Below are positions 6,387 to 13,797 of a stretch of 64,000 nt of DNA, in pieces (the first letter of the stretch is position 1; each line of letters begins with the position of its first letter). The notes beneath the pieces were generated by a model. The model had not been told where the DNA came from, did not search any database, and saw nothing but the letters and a program-made list of their open reading frames with translations. The translations under genes and the position numbers were made by a program. Origin of the DNA: Candidatus Vogelbacteria bacterium (GTDB lineage Bacteria > Patescibacteriota > Minisyncoccia > Phycocordibacterales > XYD1-FULL-46-19); the NCBI GenBank assembly GCA_903864935.1, contig CAIPHT010000005.1, positions 9,867-73,866 on the forward strand. The letters are read 5' to 3'.

Positions 6387-7259
6387 ATGTTAACGCAAAT
6401 CCAAAAAGAATTAAGAAAAGTGGCCGACAAAGACAAGGCAAAAATTTTGGCGCGGTTTTTCAAAACTGGGAAAGGCGAGTATGGTGAGGGTGATAAATTC
6501 TTAGGGGTGGTGGTGCCGGAGCAAAGACGGATTGCAAAAGAATATTTGCGAGACGAGAACGTTGTGAGAAGTCGTTTTTCAAGTGAGCCCGAAATGCGAC
6601 TTCGCACAATGTTCGCTGACCTTCAAAATCTTTTGCGAAGCGAGTATCACGAAGACAGGTTAACCGCCCTTTTGGTTTTAGTGGAGCTGTATCGACTTAC
6701 TCAAAAAAATGACCCTACTTCGCCGAGGCTTCGCAGGGTTAATTCGCGCAAGATTTTTTTGTTTTACATAAAAAATCTTGCGCGAACTTGCCCCGTGAGA
6801 GCGAAGCGATTTTACGGGGTTAACAATTGGGACTTAGTAGATTTAAGTGCCCCTAATATTGTCGGCGATTATCTGTTTACCCTGAGTGAAGTCGAAGGGT
6901 TGAATAATTTTTCTAAAATTCAAATAAAAACATTTTTGCTTAAATTAGCTAAGTCAAAAAATCTTTGGTCGCGTCGGGTGGCGGTGCTTGCCACCTTCCC
7001 CTTTATCAAAAATAAAAAGTTCGAAGAAATTTTAGAGTTGACCAAGTTCTTACTTTTCGAACAAAAAGAAAATCATGACCTAATGCACAAGGCTCTTGGT
7101 TGGGCGCTCCGCGAAGTGGGGAAGAGGGAGTTGGGAGTTTTGAGGAACTTCCTTGATCACTATGCGGGAGTCTTGCCTCGGACCACTCTTCGTTACTCAA
7201 TTGAGAGATTGCCTCAAAAGGAGAGGCTCGAGTATCTAGCTAGGCCCAAAATCGCTTGA
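6387..7259 (+). CDS. DNA alkylation repair protein (AlkD-like HEAT-repeat glycosylase family) carrying in-frame palindromic inserts
   Basis: N-terminus MLTQIQKELRKVADKDKAKILARFFKTGKGEYGEGDKFLGVVVPEQRRIAKEY and later ...NNWDLVD..., ...LWSRRVAVLA... are typical of the DNA_alkylation repair family. Extra segments VRSRFSSEPEMRLRT and DPTSPRLRRVNSRK.../...ARTCPVRAKRFYGV coincide with DNA palindromes. Confidence 0.7.
   Translation: MLTQIQKELRKVADKDKAKILARFFKTGKGEYGEGDKFLGVVVPEQRRIAKEYLRDENVVRSRFSSEPEMRLRTMFADLQNLLRSEYHEDRLTALLVLVELYRLTQKNDPTSPRLRRVNSRKIFLFYIKNLARTCPVRAKRFYGVNNWDLVDLSAPNIVGDYLFTLSEVEGLNNFSKIQIKTFLLKLAKSKNLWSRRVAVLATFPFIKNKKFEEILELTKFLLFEQKENHDLMHKALGWALREVGKRELGVLRNFLDHYAGVLPRTTLRYSIERLPQKERLEYLARPKIA
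6564..6607. repeat. 44-nt palindromic element GTGAGAAGTCGTTTTTCAAGTGAGCCCGAAATGCGACTTCGCAC inserted in-frame in the AlkD-like CDS
   Basis: Nucleotide-identical to 45454-45497 inside comEC. Imperfect hairpin (11-bp outer stem plus inner TTTC/GAAA). Encodes VRSRFSSEPEMRLRT in both hosts. Confidence 0.8.
6716..6820. repeat. composite nested palindrome inside the AlkD-like CDS (17-bp perfect stem TTCGCGCAAGATTTTTT/AAAAAATCTTGCGCGAA plus outer CTTCGC..GCGAAG arms)
   Basis: Read directly from the sequence. It stays in-frame (...NDPTSPRLRRVNSRKIFLFYIKNLARTCPVRAKRFYGV...). Confidence 0.6.
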
Positions 7260-7338
7260 GATATAAGGGTTACACGGTTATGGTCGTTCTGCGTCACAAC
7301 TTCTTGGCGAAGATTATTAAAAGAGTATAATTATCTAT

Positions 7339-8241
7339 ATGAAAAAATTAATTAATCTTAAGAAACTTCTTCGACAATCTCGAGCGGTTTATCGAGCGAA
7401 GTTTCCTGTTCTCTTTGGGCTCCTTGTTTTGCCCTTCACCCTCTTTATTATTAGTCCGCTCTTGGTTCAAAGTTTTGATTTTCTTTATCTGCCACTCTCG
7501 CTCTTGCTCACAATCCTGGGCCTCTTCTTGTTGCTCTGGGGTGGGACAGCGGCCATTATTGTTATTCGCGACCGTGATGAGAATCTCTCAATCAGAGAAG
7601 CACTTGAGCGAAGTAAGGGAAAAATTTGGCCCCTTCTCTGGGTCTCAATTATTGTTGGCTTCATTGTTGTCGGGGCTTCAATTTTATTTTTAATCCCTGG
7701 TTTAATTTTGGCCGTCTATTTTATCTTTGCCAAAATTATTGTCGTGGCTGAAGATGAGACTGGTCTCGTCGCTTTGGCCAAGAGCCGTGAATATGTTCGA
7801 GATTATTTCTGGCCAGTTCTTGGACGTTACTTGGTGATTGTTATTCTTACTACAATTGTTGTTGCTATTTTTGCTGGCATTATCTCAGCCCTCAGCCAAG
7901 CCCTTATCTCTGTCTGGGGGCGAGCGGTGAGCGAGGCATTAGTGATTATCTTGCAAGCCTTAGTAAATGCAATTATTTTTCCTTTTGTTTTGTCGGCAAC
8001 TTATTTGCTTTATGAGAATGTGAGAGAAGTTAAGGGTGAGGTGTCTGTTGAAGAAAAAAATAATCAAGCGTGGATTTATCTTGGCGTGGGTTTGGCCGGT
8101 TGGATTTTCTTAGCGGTCTTAATTGTTTTGGCGATTGTCATTCTCACGACCGCTATTGGTGGTTATGTTCTTGGTGCCTTTGCTTCGAATATTTTTAATA
8201 GCCAAGCGTTAATTAAAGCGACGAGTACTCTCGCACAATAA
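7339..8241 (+). CDS. polytopic membrane protein, hypothetical
   Basis: About 6 hydrophobic helices; no catalytic motif recognised. Confidence 0.5.
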   Translation: MKKLINLKKLLRQSRAVYRAKFPVLFGLLVLPFTLFIISPLLVQSFDFLYLPLSLLLTILGLFLLLWGGTAAIIVIRDRDENLSIREALERSKGKIWPLLWVSIIVGFIVVGASILFLIPGLILAVYFIFAKIIVVAEDETGLVALAKSREYVRDYFWPVLGRYLVIVILTTIVVAIFAGIISALSQALISVWGRAVSEALVIILQALVNAIIFPFVLSATYLLYENVREVKGEVSVEEKNNQAWIYLGVGLAGWIFLAVLIVLAIVILTTAIGGYVLGAFASNIFNSQALIKATSTLAQ

Positions 8242-8245
8242 AATT

Positions 8246-8464
8246 ATGTCTTACGGCTTCCTCATTATTTTTCTCGCCTGGCTCTGGCAATGGTATAAGT
8301 TTGGTCAAGGTCATCGCTCGATGGATCCATGGTTTCTTCGCCTCTTTGCGCTTGGGATGTTGGTCTTAGTTCTCGACACTTTCAGAATTTCTAATTGGCT
8401 CACTTGGGCCAATGTCGCCACTCTTGTCATCACTATTTTCTTCATCTGGAAATTCAGACGATAA
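8246..8464 (+). CDS. small 2-TM membrane protein, hypothetical
   Basis: 72 aa ORF 4 nt after the previous stop, with two hydrophobic segments. Confidence 0.35.
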   Translation: MSYGFLIIFLAWLWQWYKFGQGHRSMDPWFLRLFALGMLVLVLDTFRISNWLTWANVATLVITIFFIWKFRR

Positions 8465-8483
8465 AATCCTACCAATCTTTATC

Positions 8484-9104
8484 ATGAAGACTTTCGCTTT
8501 TATTGACGCTTCTAATCTTTTTTATGGTGGTGAAAAAAGTTTAGGTTGGAAGATCGATTATCAAAAATTACTCGCTTATATTAAAGAAAAATACGAAGCG
8601 GAAAAGGTCTTTTATTTTGGAGGAGTGGAAATTCACGATTTTCTCTATGACTATCAAAAAGAAGAAACCGTCAATTTATCGGAGTTAGAGAAACATTTGT
8701 TGTTGATAATCAAAAATGAAGAGAATAATTTTAACGAAGCTCGGTTAATTCTTTTTGGTCACCATCTTCAGCGTGTTCGTTTTTACAAAAAGCTAGAATC
8801 TTTTGGTTACAAAATGTTTCTCAAGCCGGTTAAACTTTTTGAGCAGGAAGATGAATCAACTAAAAGAAAAGCTGATTGCGATGTTGATATGACAGTAAAA
8901 ATTATCAGAGAAAAAGATAATTTTGACCGAGCTCTTATTTTGTCTGGTGATGGAGATTTTTTGCCTACCCTAAAATATCTGAGAGAATTAGAAAAAGAAG
9001 TTGTTATCTTGGCACGTGGGCCTAGGACAGCACGAGAAATTCGCCAATTTGCTGGCAGTAATTTTAGAGACTTCGAGTATCTTCGAGAGCTATTAAAAAG
9101 GTAA
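8484..9104 (+). CDS. NYN-domain (LabA/PIN-like) protein
   Basis: MKTFAFIDASNLFYG ... ILSGDGDFLPTLKYLRE is a NYN/LabA-like nuclease-fold signature. The ATG at 8484 is preferred over the longer upstream extension. Confidence 0.65.
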   Translation: MKTFAFIDASNLFYGGEKSLGWKIDYQKLLAYIKEKYEAEKVFYFGGVEIHDFLYDYQKEETVNLSELEKHLLLIIKNEENNFNEARLILFGHHLQRVRFYKKLESFGYKMFLKPVKLFEQEDESTKRKADCDVDMTVKIIREKDNFDRALILSGDGDFLPTLKYLRELEKEVVILARGPRTAREIRQFAGSNFRDFEYLRELLKR

Positions 9105-9200
9105 TAGAAACACAAACGGCACCCATTTAGGATGCCGTTCAAGTTTAGTACCTTAAGTTTACTTGATTGACGAAAATTGTCAATCGTTGTTTGCAATTTT

Positions 9201-9354
9201 TGCGAGGGATGGGAGAAAACCGTCGCCCGCGACTCAAGTCTCGCCGTCGCTCAACTTGGTCTGGGCACCAGCTCGCTAGTTTTTGTTGGTACAAAAACAT
9301 CGCTCCGCTGTTCGACTCTCCACGCAAGCCAAGCAGTTGGCTTGCTCATCCCGC
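9201..9354 (-). repeat. tRNA-flank mimic element copy A, immediately 3' of tRNA-Gly(TCC)
   Basis: Read on the minus strand: GCGGGAT (the tRNA-Gly acceptor 5' strand), then hairpin GCAAGCCAA-ctgc-TTGGCTTGC, then GTGGAGAGTCGAAC (antisense to the tRNA-Gly T-arm), then AGCGGAGCGAT, then hairpin GTTTTTGT-acca-ACAAAAAC, then TAGCGAGCTGGTGCCCAGAC, then a hairpin with loop CGACGGC, ending CTCCCATCCCTCGCA (a near-copy of the tRNA-Gly 3' end). Core is homologous to 4841-4975. Confidence 0.5.
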
Positions 9355-9356
9355 AA

Positions 9357-9380
9357 AAGAGCCTCCTTGTGGAGGCTCTT
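9357..9380. terminator. bidirectional terminator hairpin AGAGCCTCC-ttgt-GGAGGCTCT flanked by A/T tracts, between tRNA-Gly and element A
   Basis: Perfect 9-bp stem with T-runs on both strands. Confidence 0.55.
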
Positions 9381-9386
9381 TTTCTG

Positions 9387-9457
9387 TGCGGGATGGGAGA
9401 GTCGAACTCCCGACCTCAGTTTGGAAAACTGATATTTTACCGCTAAACTAATCCCGC
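9387..9457 (-). tRNA. tRNA-Gly(TCC)
   Basis: Minus strand: GCGGGAT-TA-GTTTAGCGGTAAAAT-A-TCAGT-TTTCCAA-ACTGA-GGTC-GGGAG-TTCGACT-CTCCC-ATCCCGC-A; anticodon TCC. Confidence 0.8.
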
Positions 9458-9544
9458 CTTCGCTGAAGCTTCGGCGGGCAGGCCCGCTCAGCTAGCTTTG
9501 ACTTCAATACTTTAGCAGGAAAATTGAGTATTTTCAATATAAAA

Positions 9545-9585
9545 AATACGCCGAGGACATTTCTGTCCTCGGCGCTTAATCGTTC
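9545..9585 (-). terminator. intrinsic terminator (GCCGAGGACA-tttct-GTCCTCGGCG + T-tract on the minus strand) after the REC gene
   Basis: Strong stem with an A-tract on plus and T-tract on minus, directly 3' of the 9597 stop. Confidence 0.6.
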
Positions 9586-9596
9586 TCGGCGTGTGG

Positions 9597-10133
9597 CTAA
9601 CGGTGACGGAAACGTTGCTCGTATTTGCTCAGGTCATGGGAGCAAGAGAAACTCTTTCCTGTGTCTGGGTCCTGCCAGAAGTCTTCTGCAAATGCAAGTC
9701 CCCAGTCCTTGCCTGGCTTAGACCCCTCTTCTCTGTTCCAGCGAGGAAGAGCTTGTTTGAAAAAGACTCTCTTCCCACCAACAAGGAATCTCCCCATGCT
9801 GACAATCATCTCGCAAATCGGGTCGGAATGTTGTGTCGAAGTGAAGAGACCCACTCCTTTAACGCAAGGCTTGCTCAGGGCCTCCAACATCACGAGCAGG
9901 CCACTGGGCACAAGCTTCGGCGGGCCGGTAGTGACAGACTTGTTGATGAAGGTTTTGTCCGGGGGCATGTAGAGGTCGGTCATCACCCAGTCGAAGTCTT
10001 GTTTGTCCAGCAGGTCCACCGCTTCTTTGTAGCCCGTCGCGGAGACAATGTCGTAGGCTTCGGGGGAGATTGTCTCCCTGGTAGACTCGATATTCTCTGG
10101 GCTGTCGTCAACAATCAGAATGCGCTCTCTCAT
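9597..10133 (-). CDS. response-regulator receiver (REC)-like domain protein with an uncharacterised C-terminal domain
   Basis: MRERILIVDDSPEN...YDIVSATGYKEAVDLL...FDWVMTDLYMP shows a CheY-like beta1-alpha1-beta2-alpha2-beta3 pattern with the DD pair and a phospho-acceptor Asp. The ATG at 10133 is chosen because it abuts the upstream gene's stop. The C-terminal ~100 aa are unknown. No histidine kinase nearby. Confidence 0.45.
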   Translation of the reverse strand: MRERILIVDDSPENIESTRETISPEAYDIVSATGYKEAVDLLDKQDFDWVMTDLYMPPDKTFINKSVTTGPPKLVPSGLLVMLEALSKPCVKGVGLFTSTQHSDPICEMIVSMGRFLVGGKRVFFKQALPRWNREEGSKPGKDWGLAFAEDFWQDPDTGKSFSCSHDLSKYEQRFRHR

Positions 10134-10134
10134 C

Positions 10135-10770
10135 TTAGGTCTCCTTTTCAAAGTTCTGGTTTTTGTTATCTTCTTCTGAGACGATGAAGGCGAATCCGTT
10201 CGCTCGACTAATCTTCCTTTTTTCGCTCTCAAAAAAGATCGTGTCTAGACTGGGCCGGATCAGGCGGCTGCCGAATCTTCCTTCAATCAGCTTGCCGGGG
10301 AAAAGGGTGAGAATATACTGACCATTTTCGCTACTGAAGTTGGGCAGAGGGTCATGCATAACGACAACGCAATTTGCCCTCATGTAAGACAAGTCTTCGT
10401 CGGAGAGACTTTTGCGGAGAAGGCAGGCAACTTCTGGTGTGGCCTCTCTCCAACCTCGCTCCTTCGCTTCTTGGCGGATATTTTCCACTGTGCACCATTC
10501 AGCCTTGTCGATGTTCCAGCCATCAAGAATGGCGATTTCGTACTTCTTTCCTCTCGTTGGTTTGAAGTCCTCTGATTCGATAATTCTCTCGGCGCAGCCC
10601 TGGATTATGGGGGACTTGTCATCTTCCGAATAAAAGTTACGGAAGGATTCTTCGCACCATTCTTTTCCGGTTTTCCCGTCAGACGTTACGGAGAGGTAGT
10701 AAACCCCATCTTTCCAGGTAAAATGTTCATGGGTCGAGGTCCTTCCTGCCCACGGCTGAGAAATAATCAT
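10135..10770 (-). CDS. hypothetical protein (211 aa), GC-richer, co-transcribed with the REC-like gene
   Basis: Clean ORF with a 1-nt gap to the downstream gene. No recognisable motif. Confidence 0.5.
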   Translation of the reverse strand: MIISQPWAGRTSTHEHFTWKDGVYYLSVTSDGKTGKEWCEESFRNFYSEDDKSPIIQGCAERIIESEDFKPTRGKKYEIAILDGWNIDKAEWCTVENIRQEAKERGWREATPEVACLLRKSLSDEDLSYMRANCVVVMHDPLPNFSSENGQYILTLFPGKLIEGRFGSRLIRPSLDTIFFESEKRKISRANGFAFIVSEEDNKNQNFEKET

Positions 10771-10971
10771 GGTTCATCTCCTTTTCAAGGTTCTTGTTTT
10801 TTGCCTAAATCAACCATTGATTCAGGTATTCACTCTTGCCAATGTTCTGATTATATTTTACAACGAAGACTACATTCTGTCATATTTGTCAACAATTCTT
10901 TATTTTTGACTTATTTTACCTTTATTTATATAATTAAAATGTTGACAATATTTTAGACAAAAACTAAAAAT

Positions 10972-11712
10972 ATGGAAAATAAACTCCTAAATACCCTTAC
11001 AAACATTGGATTATCTGATAAAGAAGCTCGGGTCTATATGGCGACAATGGCTCTAGGGCCTAGTAAAGTCCAAGCTATCGCTAAGGCTGCCGAGGTAAAA
11101 AGGACGACCGTTTATGTTATTTTGGAGGCGCTTAAGTCTAAGGGGTTAATAAGGGTGGAGCTTTCGGGTTGGAAGACTCTGTATGTGGCTGAGAGCCCAG
11201 ACAAATTGGAGTCTCTGGTAGAGCAAATGCGCCATCAGGTTAAGAAGACTCTGCCAGAATTTTCTGCCTTATATAATCTCCACTCCAGCGGCGCTTTTAT
11301 CAGTTATTACGAAGGACTTGAGGCGGTGAAGAACGTCTATGAGGGACTGCTTCGCGATATCAAGCCCCATGAGGACTATCTAGTTATTGGTGATTTGAAT
11401 CAGTGGCTAGAACAAGATAGGGACTTTTTTCTCGATTTTACCAAGCGTAGGGCTAAATTGGATATAAATATCAGAATCTTAATGCAAGAATCGCCTCTAG
11501 CTCATGAGCACAAAAGGTTGGAGAGAAATTTTAATGAAATTGTTAAGATTATGCCTCCAGAGTATAAACTGACAACTAATATGGTCATTATTCCGCATCG
11601 AGTCGTAATAAATCAGCTAACCCCACCCCTCCTTGCAATGGTCATAGAAAATGACAACATTGTCAAAATGAATAGGGAGTTATTCGAAATGATCTGGAAG
11701 TCAATTCCTTAA
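10972..11712 (+). CDS. TrmB-family HTH transcriptional regulator (paralog 2)
   Basis: LGLSDKEARVYMATMALGPSKVQAIAKAAEVKRTTVYVILEALKSKGLI, with the same architecture as 759-1502. Confidence 0.72.
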   Translation: MENKLLNTLTNIGLSDKEARVYMATMALGPSKVQAIAKAAEVKRTTVYVILEALKSKGLIRVELSGWKTLYVAESPDKLESLVEQMRHQVKKTLPEFSALYNLHSSGAFISYYEGLEAVKNVYEGLLRDIKPHEDYLVIGDLNQWLEQDRDFFLDFTKRRAKLDINIRILMQESPLAHEHKRLERNFNEIVKIMPPEYKLTTNMVIIPHRVVINQLTPPLLAMVIENDNIVKMNRELFEMIWKSIP

Positions 11713-11764
11713 ATTGATTATTTACTAAATTTGCCCTTCTCTTCATTTTTGGTATTATTCAAAA

Positions 11765-12907
11765 ATGGTAAATAAAAAAACTCTCCGAACTTGGGTTGAG
11801 ATAGACAAGAAAGCCCTCGTTCATAATTATAAAATGTGGCGGCGTTTTATCGGCCCCAAGAAAAAACTCCTCTCGGTGATTAAGTCTAATGCCTATGGCC
11901 ATGGCCTTGTTGATTGTGCTAAGATTTTTTCTAAACTCGGGGCAGACTGGTTGGGGGTGGATGCGATCGAAGAGGCACTAGTTTTGAGGCGGGCCGGTAT
12001 TAAGAAACCGATCTTGGTCTTGGGCCATACTCGTCCGGCTAACTTCAAGCTCGCTGTTGAAGACAATATTGTTATTACTATTTCTTCCCCCGAATCTCTT
12101 AAAGAGATTGTGTCACTTGATAAGAAGTTGACTGGTAGCCAAGAGCTCCGCTTCCATCTCAAAATTAATACCGGCATGAACAGACAGGGCTTTGCTGTTT
12201 CTGATTTGCCCAAAGTCCTAAAAATTGTTTCTAGTTTAAAAAAAGTTAAGTTGATAGGAGTTTATAGCCACTTGGCTAGCCCTTGTAGTAAAGAAAACGA
12301 AACGAGAACTAAGTCTCAGGTAAAACTCTTCAAACAAGCGGTGCAAATTCTCGAAGAAGCCAGTTTTAATAACTTGATTCGACATCTCTGTGCCACGGGA
12401 GCCACCACCTTCTATCTTGATGATTCCTTAGACATGGTGCGAATTGGCATTGGCTCTTATGGCCTCTGGCCTGACGAGGCGGCTAAGAAGTATCTGGCCA
12501 AGACGGCCAAATGGTTCTCACTTAAGCCAGCTCTTACTTGGAAGGCGGTGGTGAGCGAGATTCATGGAGCGAAGAAGGGCGAGGCCGTTGGTTATGATTT
12601 CACCCATGTTTTCAAAAAAGATTCTAAATTGGCTATTTGCGCCGTCGGTTATTGGCATGGCTATAATCGCATACTCTCCAATCGGGGTTACGTAATGATC
12701 AAAGGAAAGAAGGCCCCTCTCGTCGGGCGAGTCTCGATGGATATGATTATTGTTGATGTGACTAATATCCCTCAGGCCAAAGTTGGTGATGAAGTTATCA
12801 TTATGGGGCCCGGCATTAGTGCTTATGATTTTGCCAAACTCTCTGACACTTCTCCCTATGAAGTAATCACCCGTATTAATCCAGATATTCCTAGGTTATA
12901 TAAATAA
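11765..12907 (+). CDS. alr: alanine racemase
   Basis: PLP-lysine motif VIKSNAYGHG near the N-terminus, length 380 aa, C-terminal beta-domain pattern. Confidence 0.88.
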   Translation: MVNKKTLRTWVEIDKKALVHNYKMWRRFIGPKKKLLSVIKSNAYGHGLVDCAKIFSKLGADWLGVDAIEEALVLRRAGIKKPILVLGHTRPANFKLAVEDNIVITISSPESLKEIVSLDKKLTGSQELRFHLKINTGMNRQGFAVSDLPKVLKIVSSLKKVKLIGVYSHLASPCSKENETRTKSQVKLFKQAVQILEEASFNNLIRHLCATGATTFYLDDSLDMVRIGIGSYGLWPDEAAKKYLAKTAKWFSLKPALTWKAVVSEIHGAKKGEAVGYDFTHVFKKDSKLAICAVGYWHGYNRILSNRGYVMIKGKKAPLVGRVSMDMIIVDVTNIPQAKVGDEVIIMGPGISAYDFAKLSDTSPYEVITRINPDIPRLYK

Positions 12908-13297
12908 AAAATCTTTTACTTCTTTGCTCGAAGCTAGTTTTAGGATGATAAGGCCAATTATTACTCCAATGATAATGTTTTGGAGTTTTGTGTTAGATGA
13001 GGCGGAGTTAATTTGATAGAAAAATTCACCAACTGGCAAAATTATGAGAATTAATCCTTCAAAAATAGCCAGTTTTTGCCCGAGCTTCTTTTTCTTAGCT
13101 AATAAGATCCCGGCAAAGAGAGGCAACCCTATTGAAAAAATTAAGGATGATAAAAAGGTTATGATTAAAATCGAGCCATTACCACCTGTCAAAGATAAGA
13201 AGGCTGGGATTAGCAATAGGGAAAGAGCTAACCCAAATATTCCAATTGCCGTCTCTATAGAAAGTAGGATGAGTAGGACTTTTAATTTTGTCGGCAT
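12896..13297 (-). CDS. small polytopic membrane protein, hypothetical
   Basis: 4 hydrophobic helices in 133 aa, convergent with alr. Confidence 0.4.
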   Translation of the reverse strand: MPTKLKVLLILLSIETAIGIFGLALSLLLIPAFLSLTGGNGSILIITFLSSLIFSIGLPLFAGILLAKKKKLGQKLAIFEGLILIILPVGEFFYQINSASSNTKLQNIIIGVIIGLIILKLASSKEVKDFLFI

Positions 13298-13355
13298 AAT
13301 TTTATCTGTTAAGTTATTAATCTCTTTAATTATACAACCGTTAGCTTAAAATCAA

Positions 13356-13395
13356 AAAACCAGCCGGTGTAAGGGCTGGTTTTTTGATGGTTTGG
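13356..13395. terminator. bidirectional intrinsic terminator AAACCAGCCGGTGTAAGGGCTGGTTTTTT
   Basis: GC stem with an A-run upstream and a T-run downstream, between convergent genes. Confidence 0.6.
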
Positions 13396-13427
13396 CTAAA
13401 AGCTATTAGCTAAAACCTAGAAGCTTT

Positions 13428-13700
13428 CTACTTAACAGCGTCCTTCAAGGCCTTAGCAGGCTTGAACTTAGGCACGTTCATAGCAGGAACGTGGACTGCC
13501 TCGCCGGTGCGAGGATTACGAGCCTCACGAGCCTTGCGGGCCTTAACAGCGAAGATACCGAGACCGGCGATAGAGACGTCATTACCTTTCTTAAGGCTTG
13601 AGATGATCGCATCGATCATTACGTCGACGGCTTTCTCGGCGCTGGCCTTGGTTGTACCAATCGCTTCGGCGACCACTTCGACAATTGCTTGCTTATTCAT
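13428..13700 (-). CDS. hup: DNA-binding protein HU
   Basis: MNKQAIVEVVAEAIGTTKASAEKAVDVMIDAIISSLKKGNDVSIAGLGIFAVKARKAREARNPRTGEAVHVPA is a classic HU/IHF fold sequence, 90 aa. Confidence 0.9.
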   Translation of the reverse strand: MNKQAIVEVVAEAIGTTKASAEKAVDVMIDAIISSLKKGNDVSIAGLGIFAVKARKAREARNPRTGEAVHVPAMNVPKFKPAKALKDAVK

Positions 13701-13797
13701 AGTGTTGTTTTTCCCTTTTAACGGGGATATTTTTGTTAATGTGTAAACAACTTATAATGAGGCCATTGTAATACAAGGCTATTTGGGTGTAAAGGGT

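Noticed and set aside
6380-6607. Antisense ORFs 6380-6607(-) and 45081-45533(-)
   Set aside because: They exist only because the palindromic repeat reads open on both strands (shared MRSRISGSLEKRLLT peptide). They overlap confidently assigned AlkD-like, rnhA and comEC genes.
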